Sequence record: SRR31156797_7944
DNA: 64,000 nucleotides
Direction: 5' to 3' (one strand)
The translations under genes were made by a program, and so were the position numbers. Numbering within the stretch: position 1 is the stretch's first letter; every line of letters starts with the position of its first letter. A model generated the notes under the pieces. That model made no database searches and was not told the origin of the DNA. It saw only the letters and a list, made by a program, of their open reading frames with translations. Shown here one piece after another: positions 26,779 to 36,216 of the stretch.

Positions 26779-26858
26779 AGGTTAATTACTTAACCTTCTG
26801 GGAATATATTATTCTTCAAAGGAATATTTGTCAATAAGAAATATTCTTGTAAGGAAAT
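26779..26858. promoter_or_regulatory. Immunity switch region: leftward early promoter and operator-like palindromes
   Basis: Minus-strand TTGACA(26834-26829)-N17-TAATAT(26811-26806); 17-bp pseudo-palindromes TATTCTTCAAAGGAATA (26810-26826) and TATTCTTGTAAGGAAAT (26842-26858); AGGTTAA-N4-TTAACCT (26779-26796). Confidence 0.7.
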
Positions 26859-26862
26859 TTCG

Positions 26863-27771
26863 TTGAGCTTAGATAATCGATTTAAAGAAGTTCGTACTTT
26901 TCTGGGTGTGAATCAAAAGCAGTTTTCAGAAAAACTGGGGATTACTCAGGGCTCTCTAAGCAAAATTGAGTCAGGACGGCAGGAGCCCTCACTTTCGTTA
27001 ATAGATAAAATATTCCGCATAGGAATAAATATCACTTGGCTCCTTACCGGGGAGGGCTCTATGTTTCTAACTCCTCCCACTATCGGTAAACGTTTAATTG
27101 TGGCCCGGCAGGAATACGGCTGGGAACGGGATGTTGTCGCCTCCATGGGCGGGATTTCTATACCCGAATATGAAGCTATCGAAAGGGATGAACAGGAGCC
27201 TAATCTTGAGTTCCTTCAGAAGCTTGAAGGGAATACAAATATCAGCTCCCATTGGGTAATGACCGGCAAAGGGCAGATGTTCACTCTCAGCTCTAAGCCC
27301 CAGCTCCCTACACATATTCATACCGAGTCAAAAAGCATTACCCTTTCTGACCGCGATGATGTGATAATGGTACCGGTTCTCGATCAGTCCGTTTCCGCTG
27401 GCCCTGGGCAGGAGCTGACTGGCTCTACCTTTACCGATGTAACTATACCGATCCTGAACAGCATAATTTCCCCGTATCCGCCGCAGGCTATCAGGGTCGT
27501 TGAGGTCCGGGGGGATTCGATGACCGGCGTCAATCTCTTTGATGGAGACTTTGCGATCTTTGTTCAGGGGGAGGTCCGCTCCGATGGGATCTATGTGATC
27601 AGCATCGGCTCTGATCTGTTCGTGAAGCGGCTGGAATTTGACCCGTTTGAGAAGAAGATCAGCATCATTTCAGAGAACTCCCACTACGAAAAGAAAGTAG
27701 TGGACGCGGATTCTGAACTGGTAAGGATTGAAGGGAAGGTTATCGGGTGGATGCATAAGCATCCGTATTAA
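26863..27771 (+). CDS. CI-like repressor with two tandem XRE HTH domains and an S24 autopeptidase
   Basis: Two HTH units ending 'WLLTGEGSMF' and 'WVMTGKGQMF'; VSAG cleavage site, GDSM and VKRL catalytic motifs. Confidence 0.9.
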   Translation: MSLDNRFKEVRTFLGVNQKQFSEKLGITQGSLSKIESGRQEPSLSLIDKIFRIGINITWLLTGEGSMFLTPPTIGKRLIVARQEYGWERDVVASMGGISIPEYEAIERDEQEPNLEFLQKLEGNTNISSHWVMTGKGQMFTLSSKPQLPTHIHTESKSITLSDRDDVIMVPVLDQSVSAGPGQELTGSTFTDVTIPILNSIISPYPPQAIRVVEVRGDSMTGVNLFDGDFAIFVQGEVRSDGIYVISIGSDLFVKRLEFDPFEKKISIISENSHYEKKVVDADSELVRIEGKVIGWMHKHPY

Positions 27772-27811
27772 ATTCTACTTATAGCTAAAGTTCGGCGGGG
27801 AGTAGCAGTAA

Positions 27812-28618
27812 TTGGGCGATTCAGGACTCGTTTATCACTATACAGGAATCGATGGCCTACTTGGTATTCTGGGTAAAGAAGAGTTATGGCTTTCCAACTT
27901 TCTCTATTCAAATGATAAAGAAGAGCTTCAATTCGGTTTAAAGCTCTATAAGAAAATCATAGCATCACAGAGCTCTGACCTTGTAACAACTTTCGCTGAT
28001 ATCGTTGAAATGCTCTACGCCACTTTCCAATACTATATTTGTTCATTCTCCCCACACGGGAGTCAGTTAAGTCAATGGAGGGGTTATACATCGCCAGAGG
28101 GGGCCTTCTCAATTGGTGTTGATATTTCAGATCTTAGGTCTCTTAAAAATGGGACAGATTCAGGGATTTATATAGAAATAAAGGACTGTATATATGGGGA
28201 ATCAGCGGTAACTAACGAACTAGAAGAAGCAATAAAAAAAATACAGGATACTCTTATAGGCAGATTTCCAGACAATCTAGCGAAGCCTTCTCGAGTAAAA
28301 TCAATAACTGAAACGATATTTAATGAAATTGTTCCTATAATCGCTGTTGCCAAGCATTCGATTTTTTATCAAGAAGAAGAAATCAGGTATATGATGTTCC
28401 CTCAAAAGAGTACCGAGATGAGTTTTCGTCGGAATAATAACCTGATACTTCCTTATATTACTACTCCATTCCCGAGATCAATAATTAGAAAAATCAATAT
28501 TGGCCCCCAAGTCAAGCAGGAACAAAATTATGAGGCTATTAAATTGATGCTTCATTCATATGGGATGGAAAAAAATTGTGAGCTTGAAATTGTTGATTCT
28601 CCATATTGCGGTTGGTAA
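27812..28618 (+). CDS. DUF2971 family protein (moron)
   Basis: 'YHYT', 'SNDKEE', 'CSFS...LSQWRGY', 'K..F.QEEEIR', 'IGP' motifs; low GC. Confidence 0.8.
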   Translation: MGDSGLVYHYTGIDGLLGILGKEELWLSNFLYSNDKEELQFGLKLYKKIIASQSSDLVTTFADIVEMLYATFQYYICSFSPHGSQLSQWRGYTSPEGAFSIGVDISDLRSLKNGTDSGIYIEIKDCIYGESAVTNELEEAIKKIQDTLIGRFPDNLAKPSRVKSITETIFNEIVPIIAVAKHSIFYQEEEIRYMMFPQKSTEMSFRRNNNLILPYITTPFPRSIIRKINIGPQVKQEQNYEAIKLMLHSYGMEKNCELEIVDSPYCGW

Positions 28619-28663
28619 AAAAAAATTGAGACTTGTTATCATAAAATATGATCTGGAGCTTTA

Positions 28664-29701
28664 GTGAGAAAGAGTAATATCGTAAGAATACGTTTGAAAA
28701 AAAAACGTATCAGAAAAAGAGCAAAATTAGATAGAGTCCATTCGTATAAGAATTATTGGAAAAAAAAGAAGCGAAAGAATAAATGCTGCTCGAGTAATGG
28801 AGTTGGAGTCATTCGAAAGAACTGGATTGAATTCCCAGAGCATTTATCGATTACAGCTGATGCAGAAACACTCGTACATGTCTTAAAGGACGCGGAAAAA
28901 CAAGAGTTACCCACACTTAGTTTTCGTAAATCTAATTTTGTAACAATCAGTGCCGGGGTCTATTTAAGAGCGTTCTGTGATCATCTCAAGATTGAGGGTA
29001 ACGGTTATAAAATAAGTTGCCCTCCTAAAAACCGAAAAATGAGAGAAGTCCTCCAATTTTTAGACATACATAATTTTGGTGTGAAGATAAAAAGGGACGA
29101 TTTGGTTTGTTGGGAAATCAGGTCTTGGGACTTACATCAGTCTGCTCCGAACTTCGCAAAGCTTTTAATGGAGGATATCTTACCGGATGTGCTAAAGGGA
29201 AAGTTCCCCTCAGAGGATTTCAACGAGATTGCTTCAACCCTGCAGGAAGTATTATGGAATTGTGTTGAGCATGCTTATGATAAGAATGCAGAGTATAAGT
29301 TCAAGCGGTACTACTTAATTGCCGGGGAATACTTAAATTCCGACTATTTCGCCTTCTCAGTTGTTGACAGGGGGCAAGGTTTCTTAGAAAGTTTAAAGCA
29401 ACAGGATCTTTCATTTTACCAGAAGTACATGTCATCTGAATCTAAGATGATAAAAGCAGCTGTAAATGGACAAAGCGGAGCTGGGAAGCAGGATGAGGGA
29501 CGGGGCACAGGCCTTCAAAGTGTATTGGATCGTGTGAAGAAAATGAAAGGTGAATTTTTTATTTATAGTGGTAAGGGTTTTTATCATTTTAAGAAGGACT
29601 CCGAAATAATTGAAGATCATGATGAATTTATAAAAGGTGCTCTATTTACTATGATTCTGCCGATAAGTGAAAACAAAGAGGGCAGAGAGGATGAAACATG
29701 A
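28664..29701 (+). CDS. STAS-like region plus GHKL/HATPase domain protein (moron)
   Basis: 'EVLWNCVEHAY' N-box, 'DRGQG' G1-box, 'RGTGL' G2-box, 'KGAL' G3; low GC. Confidence 0.8.
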   Translation: MRKSNIVRIRLKKKRIRKRAKLDRVHSYKNYWKKKKRKNKCCSSNGVGVIRKNWIEFPEHLSITADAETLVHVLKDAEKQELPTLSFRKSNFVTISAGVYLRAFCDHLKIEGNGYKISCPPKNRKMREVLQFLDIHNFGVKIKRDDLVCWEIRSWDLHQSAPNFAKLLMEDILPDVLKGKFPSEDFNEIASTLQEVLWNCVEHAYDKNAEYKFKRYYLIAGEYLNSDYFAFSVVDRGQGFLESLKQQDLSFYQKYMSSESKMIKAAVNGQSGAGKQDEGRGTGLQSVLDRVKKMKGEFFIYSGKGFYHFKKDSEIIEDHDEFIKGALFTMILPISENKEGREDET

Positions 29702-30012
29702 AATTATTAAAAATATTAGATTGTGGAGATAGGTTTAAATATCAAGGACCAAGATTTAAAGAATTAGGCCCAGAATCTGGCGAAGAATTTAGGGATGACT
29801 TTTTTATCCCTTGGCTGAATGACAACAAAGGAGAAGAGCTTACAGTCGATTTTGAAGGTACACAGGTTTACACACCGTCCTTTCTTGAGGAGTGTTTTGG
29901 AGGAGCTATTAGAAAAGGTTTCGTTGAAGTTAAAACCATGAAGTTTATTAATATCAAATCGGAAGAACTGACAAGATTGAATAATTTTATTTCTAAGGCG
30001 AAACCTCAATGA
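29698..30012 (+). CDS. STAS-like DUF4325 protein
   Basis: 'SGEEFRD...VDFEGT..YTPSFLEECFGG' signature with the conserved Ser. Confidence 0.8.
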   Translation: MKLLKILDCGDRFKYQGPRFKELGPESGEEFRDDFFIPWLNDNKGEELTVDFEGTQVYTPSFLEECFGGAIRKGFVEVKTMKFINIKSEELTRLNNFISKAKPQ

Positions 30013-30473
30013 ATTCAGAGATCATATTATCATTACTATCTGGTTTGGTAGGTGTTATTGTCGGTAGCTTCATTCAAATTGCCTATACAATCAAATTTGA
30101 TAAGAAAAAAACTTCAGTCGACTATATAAAGCTTATTTGTACTGAATGGCTTGGTCTCTCTGCCCAAGCTCAGGAATTACTCAATAACCCTGCTGTATAT
30201 AATCATATGATTTTCAATCTACACATAAAAGAAAAAGCAAATCTTCTTAGTTATATAATGCCCTTCTATGAAAGAGACACCGTGAAGTCAAGGCAGATTT
30301 CAAAGTTGCAAGCATTAATTAAAGATAAGGGTGAAGAGTTTTCATTAGATCCAAGGTTTGAAGGGGCTCTAACAAAGGGAGAAAATGAAGGCGACAAAAG
30401 GCTATTCTTGGTTGAGCTAACGAACTTCATAAATGATATACATGAGAAGCTTACAGAAATTGCTCGTGATTAA
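30009..30473 (+). CDS. N-terminal TM helical protein (moron)
   Basis: 'LSGLVGVIVGS' TM anchor; ATGA-coupled to the DUF4325 gene. Confidence 0.65.
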   Translation: MNSEIILSLLSGLVGVIVGSFIQIAYTIKFDKKKTSVDYIKLICTEWLGLSAQAQELLNNPAVYNHMIFNLHIKEKANLLSYIMPFYERDTVKSRQISKLQALIKDKGEEFSLDPRFEGALTKGENEGDKRLFLVELTNFINDIHEKLTEIARD

Positions 30474-31228
30474 ATATTGAAAGATTCCCCAGGATTATGC
30501 TCAAATCCTGGGTCTATTCCCTCATACCCTTCATGAACCTCTCCGGTCCTCTTGTTCACGTAGGTTTTCTTTTTCAGCTCCGGCGGATCGGTCTTGATCT
30601 TGATCGTTTTCGTCGGCTTCCCATCTATCATGCTGGTCATATCCGGTAATCCCTTTTTCTGGAGTTGACGAAATTTCGCTCTTGAGACCGCACGGGATTT
30701 GCATTTACAACCCCATCCGTTTTTCGGATTATGGGTTTTCCAGAAGGGGTGATCCTTGGGGAGAACGAGCCCGTCCCATTCAAGGTGCGTAAGGCGGTGT
30801 TCCATCGAGGGGCCGATCCTATAGAGAAAGTACGGGTGGGCATCGGATTTCATCCCCCTCTCCCATACTCCTTTCTGATAGGCCTGGCCGGTGTTCACAT
30901 CGAATATCGTTTTGATCCGGCGGGGGCTCCCCAGCTGGGAATCGACCATTTCTCCCGTCTTCGGATCTTGGACCTTCTTAACACCCCACCAGCCTTTCTT
31001 TTTCAGGAGCTCCGTGGTTTCAGAGGCCCATTGCTTGTAGGTTTTCCCTTCTTTCATGGCCTGGGTGATGGATTTCCGGACATCTTCCAGGAGATCCGTT
31101 TCCATCATCTTGGCAATGGTAAAGGCCTGGTTGTGCTCCTGCAGCCAGACATCCATATAGTGAAAGGAAGGTTTCAGCCCTTTATTCTCAAGGTATGCGA
31201 TCGCTTCTTTAGGGATAGGAGGGGCCAT
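30470..31228 (-). CDS. Mu gpF/gp30 minor head morphogenesis protein
   Basis: 'AFTIAK', 'KKGWWG', 'GSPRRIKTIF', 'FWKTHNPKNGWGCKC' motifs. Confidence 0.9.
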   Translation of the reverse strand: MAPPIPKEAIAYLENKGLKPSFHYMDVWLQEHNQAFTIAKMMETDLLEDVRKSITQAMKEGKTYKQWASETTELLKKKGWWGVKKVQDPKTGEMVDSQLGSPRRIKTIFDVNTGQAYQKGVWERGMKSDAHPYFLYRIGPSMEHRLTHLEWDGLVLPKDHPFWKTHNPKNGWGCKCKSRAVSRAKFRQLQKKGLPDMTSMIDGKPTKTIKIKTDPPELKKKTYVNKRTGEVHEGYEGIDPGFEHNPGESFNI

Positions 31229-32766
31229 CAGATTTCCTCGAACTCGTCATCGCCCAGAGCACGGCCCTTGAAGGTAGCCAATGCAATCTGTTTCACTGTG
31301 TTTTCCGTGTTCAGCTCACCCAGGAGATCGGGCAGTTTTCCCAACAGCTCCTCATAGCTGCTGCAGCTCTGGACGGCTTTATCCAATGACTCTTTTACAG
31401 GGTCGGCCAGGGCCATCCAATCGCTGTTCAGTGCCTCGTTAAGCTCTTCAAGAGAGTCGGCGGGAGGTTCGGGGGCCTGCCGGTTTAGCTCTGTATTCAT
31501 TTCCTTTACAGCGGGAGTTTTGGGCTGGAGAACATCATCATTTTCATCCGGGCGGCTAAGCCCAAGCTTGCTATAAAGCTGGTCGGTACTGACCCTGAAA
31601 CCGAGTGGAACAAGCTTCTCAACAGCTTTGACCAGGTTGGGGATATTCTCCGGACGGGGAACGGGTAATTTGAACTCGGGATATACCTTCTGTACCCCGT
31701 GGTTCAGATCGACATAGGGCTTGATCAGATCCCGGTTGATCGTTGCGGCCAGCTGGTCGGCGTCGCTCTCACGGATCTCCTGGCGGACCTCGTTATGGAG
31801 GTCCCCTTTGTACTGGCCTCCCTCTGCGTCAGTACTCATCGTCTGGCCCAGCACCCCCTTGGAGATCTGCTTATCGATCCAGTCTGCCAGGCGTTCGAAT
31901 AGATCCACATTCCCGGATGACTGGACACCGTTGACGATCTCAATCTCCATGGACTTGGGGATGATCGCTCCTACATCCCGGCCAAGATTCCTTACGGCTG
32001 AGCGGAGGATGGCCTTGTCCTTATCGGAACCCTTGCGGCCGTCATATTTTCCCAGGCGGATGGGATAGCCATAGACCTCACAGAAGGCTGCCCAACCGGC
32101 CAGATCATAGCTCTTGATGAGATAGTAGTAGGCCACGGGGAGGGCAAGGCCGCCGCGGATCGGTAAGCCGCTCTTCAGGTGAGGCTCGTGAATGATGTAC
32201 TTATAGGGGGAAAGGGGCTGTGTTTCGCTACCGGTTCTCAAGAGGAGATCCACGCCGGTGTCTCTGTCATACTCGAACCAACGCGGATCCCGGCGTTTAT
32301 AGGCCTTGGGCATCCAAAGAGATTCGGAGGTTTCCCAGATAATTTCATTGACCGCGTACCCTTTTCCAAGAGAGTCCAGTGAGTCCTTGATCATCAATTT
32401 GAATGCCGGTTTCTTGACCAGTGTTTTCTGGATATCCTCTGCAATCTCCAGGGCCTGGGCGCTATCATCCGCCGGCTCGATTACGGGGCTCAAAGCTTCA
32501 ATCGCATGTTTACGGGTTCCGAGGACAGAACGGTAATGAAGATCCCGCTCCTCCATCTCTTCAGCCAGTGTCAGATAATCATGAGCCTGCCCGTTCAGCG
32601 CGCCGGTAACCAGAGTTGCCAGTGACCCGGGATCAAGGGCGGAGGCAACTTCAGAGGCGTCTATAGCCTGACGGATGGAAAAGCTGTTCGGCCCTGATTC
32701 TTCACTCTGCAGAGTGGATTTCTTAATACCGAACTTACTAAGTAGATTACCAATCGTCATCTTCAT
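31228..32766 (-). CDS. Portal protein (Mu gp29/DUF935)
   Basis: 'EEMEERDLHY', 'FCEVYGYPIRLGKY', 'ISKGVLGQT' motifs. Confidence 0.9.
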   Translation of the reverse strand: MKMTIGNLLSKFGIKKSTLQSEESGPNSFSIRQAIDASEVASALDPGSLATLVTGALNGQAHDYLTLAEEMEERDLHYRSVLGTRKHAIEALSPVIEPADDSAQALEIAEDIQKTLVKKPAFKLMIKDSLDSLGKGYAVNEIIWETSESLWMPKAYKRRDPRWFEYDRDTGVDLLLRTGSETQPLSPYKYIIHEPHLKSGLPIRGGLALPVAYYYLIKSYDLAGWAAFCEVYGYPIRLGKYDGRKGSDKDKAILRSAVRNLGRDVGAIIPKSMEIEIVNGVQSSGNVDLFERLADWIDKQISKGVLGQTMSTDAEGGQYKGDLHNEVRQEIRESDADQLAATINRDLIKPYVDLNHGVQKVYPEFKLPVPRPENIPNLVKAVEKLVPLGFRVSTDQLYSKLGLSRPDENDDVLQPKTPAVKEMNTELNRQAPEPPADSLEELNEALNSDWMALADPVKESLDKAVQSCSSYEELLGKLPDLLGELNTENTVKQIALATFKGRALGDDEFEEI

Positions 32767-34249
32767 TGTCGTTTCTCCATCTGCTTCCATTTCCTACGGA
32801 CTCATATTCATAGGGGGAATAATCGTTCTCATCGTTTTCATACGCATGCACCAGTAATACCCCGCCGACGACGGAATCACCGTGCCGCTTCTTTTTCTTA
32901 TCATCGTGGTCGGAGGTGCGCTCTGTGATCACCGGTACGCCCTTATCCATCATAACAACGCGGTGATCGTCTACGATGTTTGGATCTTCGGGGATGATCA
33001 GTTCGTTGTCTTCCATCCGGGCCTTGTATTTGGGCATGAACTCCATATAAAAGGTCCGGGAGATCATCACCATCTGAATGTAGGATTCACCGTAGTGCTG
33101 GGCCGCGTACTCAGCAATCATCTGGCCATTTCCCCTGGCATCGATGGAACCGCTGTAAAACCGGGGGAGGTTATCCAGGCAGTAGTATAGGATTTGAAGC
33201 TGCTGCTGGAACGGGACATTCCTCAACTCAAGATAGACCAGGGATTTCAGGAGCCGTTCATCCTCTTCGGAGGCAAAGGCGATGATGGACAGGTCACCGG
33301 AGCGGGCGAAGTCCATGCCGAAATAAGTAGGCTTGGCCGGGGCATTCTCGATGATGGCCTCCAGATCTTCTTTAATCCATTTAGCCGTCTTCTTTTTCCG
33401 GTGCCGTTCTGACTTAAAGGTGAAGTCATCGGTGCATTCATATTTCAGTACCGGGATCTCATCGTCCATGCAGGATTCGACAAGGGAGCGGGAGATATAG
33501 CGGTCCCCGCCTTTGGTCGGGACGCAGTACAACTCCTCAGATGCACCGTCACCGTAATCCGCCAGAAGCTTATCTAGCCATTTCTTTTCTCCTTCGGCTG
33601 TCCATTCCTTCCCGGTCCTGAGGCAGATCCGTTTGTATAGTCCTTGATCAAGAGCATCCTGGATCGTTGTTCGGTGCAGTGAGTATTCCAACTTCCGGCT
33701 GCGGATATCCTTGATCAGTTCATTGAAGGTGTTATCTTCCCCGTTATGAGTACTCATAATGCTTACGGAACCGCCCCACATGAGAAGGGCAAAGGCTGCT
33801 TTAAGCAGCTCTTTCAATGATTCAACAAATCCCGCTTCATCGATAATGACCCTTCCCTGCTTAGACCTGAGAGATCGGGCTTCAGAGGGTAAACCACAAA
33901 TCTGGAATCCCGAGGCGAAGGTGATTCGGAATACTGTAATATCCTTATCCTCATCGGAAAGGATTGTTTCCTCCTCCATTTCTCCACAGGCCATATTCAA
34001 CAGTTTTGCCCACATGGCACAATCGGAGATGAACTGGCGTGTCATCTCTTTGTTGTAAGCAAGATAGTAGGTGTTCTGACCGCCTTCTTCCCTTGTCTTA
34101 GCGGCTTCCGCAGTTGATAGGAACGCCTCCCCGAAACTGGCACCGATACGTCGAGATTTTTCCCATACTTTAACCTGGGAATTATCCCTGCACCATTCCA
34201 TCTGATAGGGGAGAAGAACATCTATATCAAGGAGTTCCTGATCTGTCAT
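32747..34249 (-). CDS. Terminase large subunit (Mu gp28-like)
   Basis: 'LLPYQ', 'EKSRRIG', 'IIDEAGF', 'GMDFARSGD', 'RHGD' motifs. Confidence 0.9.
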   Translation of the reverse strand: MTDQELLDIDVLLPYQMEWCRDNSQVKVWEKSRRIGASFGEAFLSTAEAAKTREEGGQNTYYLAYNKEMTRQFISDCAMWAKLLNMACGEMEEETILSDEDKDITVFRITFASGFQICGLPSEARSLRSKQGRVIIDEAGFVESLKELLKAAFALLMWGGSVSIMSTHNGEDNTFNELIKDIRSRKLEYSLHRTTIQDALDQGLYKRICLRTGKEWTAEGEKKWLDKLLADYGDGASEELYCVPTKGGDRYISRSLVESCMDDEIPVLKYECTDDFTFKSERHRKKKTAKWIKEDLEAIIENAPAKPTYFGMDFARSGDLSIIAFASEEDERLLKSLVYLELRNVPFQQQLQILYYCLDNLPRFYSGSIDARGNGQMIAEYAAQHYGESYIQMVMISRTFYMEFMPKYKARMEDNELIIPEDPNIVDDHRVVMMDKGVPVITERTSDHDDKKKKRHGDSVVGGVLLVHAYENDENDYSPYEYESVGNGSRWRNDNEDDDW

Positions 34250-34800
34250 ATGGAACCAATAATCTTCTTTGTGATTTTCAGAACTGCAGATTCTTCCGTT
34301 CCGGATTTCTTCAGCTCCGTTTCAGCTATAGCGGCCGCTTCCTCCAAGGCCTCTTTTCTTATCCGGGACTCTCGCTCTGCGTTCAGCTTTTCGGCCTGTT
34401 CCAGCTCCTTCAGTGAGCGGCTAACTTTATGGATCAGGTTGATCACGACTTCGGGATCTACCTCACCGCTTGCTTTGAGATCTTCAATTTCACCGATCAA
34501 ATCGAATGAGATGAGCCGGATCTGTTCATTGACAACCTTACCCAGGATATTCCTTGTTCCACCGCCCATCTTATCCATATAGACTTCGGAAACCTCTCGG
34601 GCCTGACGAGCTTTCTCTATCTGCCGCTCCATTCTCGCGGCATAACGGTTAACGGCACTTTGGCTGATGACATCCTCACCGGCCCGGTCATTGATAAGAG
34701 CGGTGATATCCTTCTGAGTTACGGATGGGGTTTTGAGTAATTGGATAAGCTCTGATCGGAGTTCATCGGGGAGAAGATCTATACTTGATTTTCTACCCAT
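34246..34800 (-). CDS. Terminase small subunit-like (Mu gp27/DUF3486)
   Basis: 'MGRKSSIDLLP...ISQSAVNRY' motif. Confidence 0.85.
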   Translation of the reverse strand: MGRKSSIDLLPDELRSELIQLLKTPSVTQKDITALINDRAGEDVISQSAVNRYAARMERQIEKARQAREVSEVYMDKMGGGTRNILGKVVNEQIRLISFDLIGEIEDLKASGEVDPEVVINLIHKVSRSLKELEQAEKLNAERESRIRKEALEEAAAIAETELKKSGTEESAVLKITKKIIGSI

Positions 34801-34803
34801 GAA

Positions 34804-35097
34804 TTACTCCGGGGCGGGGCGTTCAACCCCTTCGAGGCGGTCATTTCCTTCAGCTACATCAAGGCCCTTCATTGTGAGTTTAACGGTTTTAAGGTTTCCG
34901 CCCAGCTCCTCCACGGTGACAAGGCCCTGGCCTTTCAACCAGTCAATCTGCTCGTCGGTTTTTTCCAGGCTGATGGCGTGGCCGAACTCCTTGAGTACCT
35001 TCTGGAGAATACCGTTATTGTGGGAGTATCCGTTGTCTCCCTTTAGAAAATCAAGGATAATTCTCCGCTGGTTCGGCCCGAAAATATCGTGATTCAT
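34804..35097 (-). CDS. Mu gp26-like winged-helix protein
   Basis: 'WLKGQGLV...LTMKGLDVAEG...GVERP' motif. Confidence 0.8.
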   Translation of the reverse strand: MNHDIFGPNQRRIILDFLKGDNGYSHNNGILQKVLKEFGHAISLEKTDEQIDWLKGQGLVTVEELGGNLKTVKLTMKGLDVAEGNDRLEGVERPAPE

Positions 35098-35456
35098 TCT
35101 ATCTTTCCTCCGTTCTTTATAAGCCAGTCTTCCATAACGCGAGTAATGTTATTCAGGCCGGTCAGCTGCCCCTCAATATGAGAAAGCCGAGTATTGATTT
35201 CCTTGTAGGCACTGTTTTCAATATTATTGATCCGCTCATGAAGAGAATGGTCGCCGTTCCTCCGTAGCTCTTCCCATTCTTTTATAGATTCCTTGACGCA
35301 ATCCAGCTCCTCTTTAAAAGCGCTTTTTATTGCCTCGATTTCAGCGAGGTGTTTCTTTTGCTGAGCTGTCTGGATTCTCCAAACGACTGTGACTACGGAA
35401 GCCACTGTCGTTATGATCTGAACGGAAACAGAAATGACAATTTGAACGTTACTCAC
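35094..35456 (-). CDS. TM plus coiled-coil protein of the lysis-packaging block
   Basis: N-terminal hydrophobic helix, heptad-rich; position matches Mu gp25. Confidence 0.55.
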   Translation of the reverse strand: MSNVQIVISVSVQIITTVASVVTVVWRIQTAQQKKHLAEIEAIKSAFKEELDCVKESIKEWEELRRNGDHSLHERINNIENSAYKEINTRLSHIEGQLTGLNNITRVMEDWLIKNGGKIE

Positions 35457-35790
35457 CGGGGCTCCTCGTGTAGTATTTCAGTTGCCTTTCAAGCTCCCCG
35501 ATAAATCGCCGGTATTCATGAATATTTTTCTCCAAATTCCGGTAATCGGCATAAGACAAATAGAGTCCTGTAGGCAGCCCTTCGGGATCTATTTTGTGAT
35601 CCTCGTAATGGGCTAAAAGATCGCCCCAATGAACAGGTAATAAAATTGGGCTGGAGGGCTGGTTTATTACCTGCTCAGGGGCGCTGATTGATACTGATTC
35701 AGGGGCGGTTTTACAGCTACTTAAAAAGAGAGTTTGCGCGGTCCACAAGAGAACTATCATCAGTTTCATCAAGCTCCTGTTTCTGGGCAT
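35449..35790 (-). CDS. Putative outer-membrane spanin lipoprotein (Rz1-like)
   Basis: AAGGAGG RBS; signal peptide with lipobox-like FLSSC; overlaps the 3' end of the Rz-like gene. Confidence 0.6.
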   Translation of the reverse strand: MPRNRSLMKLMIVLLWTAQTLFLSSCKTAPESVSISAPEQVINQPSSPILLPVHWGDLLAHYEDHKIDPEGLPTGLYLSYADYRNLEKNIHEYRRFIGELERQLKYYTRSPGE

Positions 35791-35995
35791 CTGCTTCCTC
35801 CTTAATTCGCTGCTGATCATTGTGCAAATCAATGATTTCCTCCCTGTCCTCTTCCGTATCCTTGAGCTGCTTTTCCGCCTTCTTTTTTTCCTTCTTCAGG
35901 GTTCTAACCTTCTTCCCCCTGAAGATAAGAATCGAAACAAGAATTGTGATTAGCAGCCCAAGGTATGGGATGGCCTTTACCAGCATGCCTGTCAC
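35717..35995 (-). CDS. Putative inner-membrane spanin (Rz-like)
   Basis: N-terminal TM followed by a charged coiled coil. Confidence 0.55.
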   Translation of the reverse strand: MTGMLVKAIPYLGLLITILVSILIFRGKKVRTLKKEKKKAEKQLKDTEEDREEIIDLHNDQQRIKEEADAQKQELDETDDSSLVDRANSLFK

Positions 35996-36216
35996 TTCAG
36001 ACCTCTAGCGACGGCCACGCCTCCGGCTGTTTTTATCCCGAGGAGGGATATCCCCGTACCCAGGATCATACCGATAAGCGCAACCGGATCATTGGGATTC
36101 TCCTGGAAGAAAGAGAACCATGCCATAGCCAGCCCATTCACTAAGAAGATCACCGCGGTGAGCTTCTTGGTGGACTTGTAAAAAGGCTTTGTTCCTGGCT
36201 GGGATTGTTCAGCCAT
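35992..36216 (-). CDS. Small 2-TM protein, holin candidate
   Basis: 'FYKSTKK' followed by two TM helices; in the lysis cassette. Confidence 0.5.
   Translation of the reverse strand: MAEQSQPGTKPFYKSTKKLTAVIFLVNGLAMAWFSFFQENPNDPVALIGMILGTGISLLGIKTAGGVAVARGLK

Noticed and set aside
28664-29701. Two-component sensor histidine kinase
   Set aside because: No TM sensor, no evident phospho-acceptor His domain and no response regulator; its partner is a STAS protein
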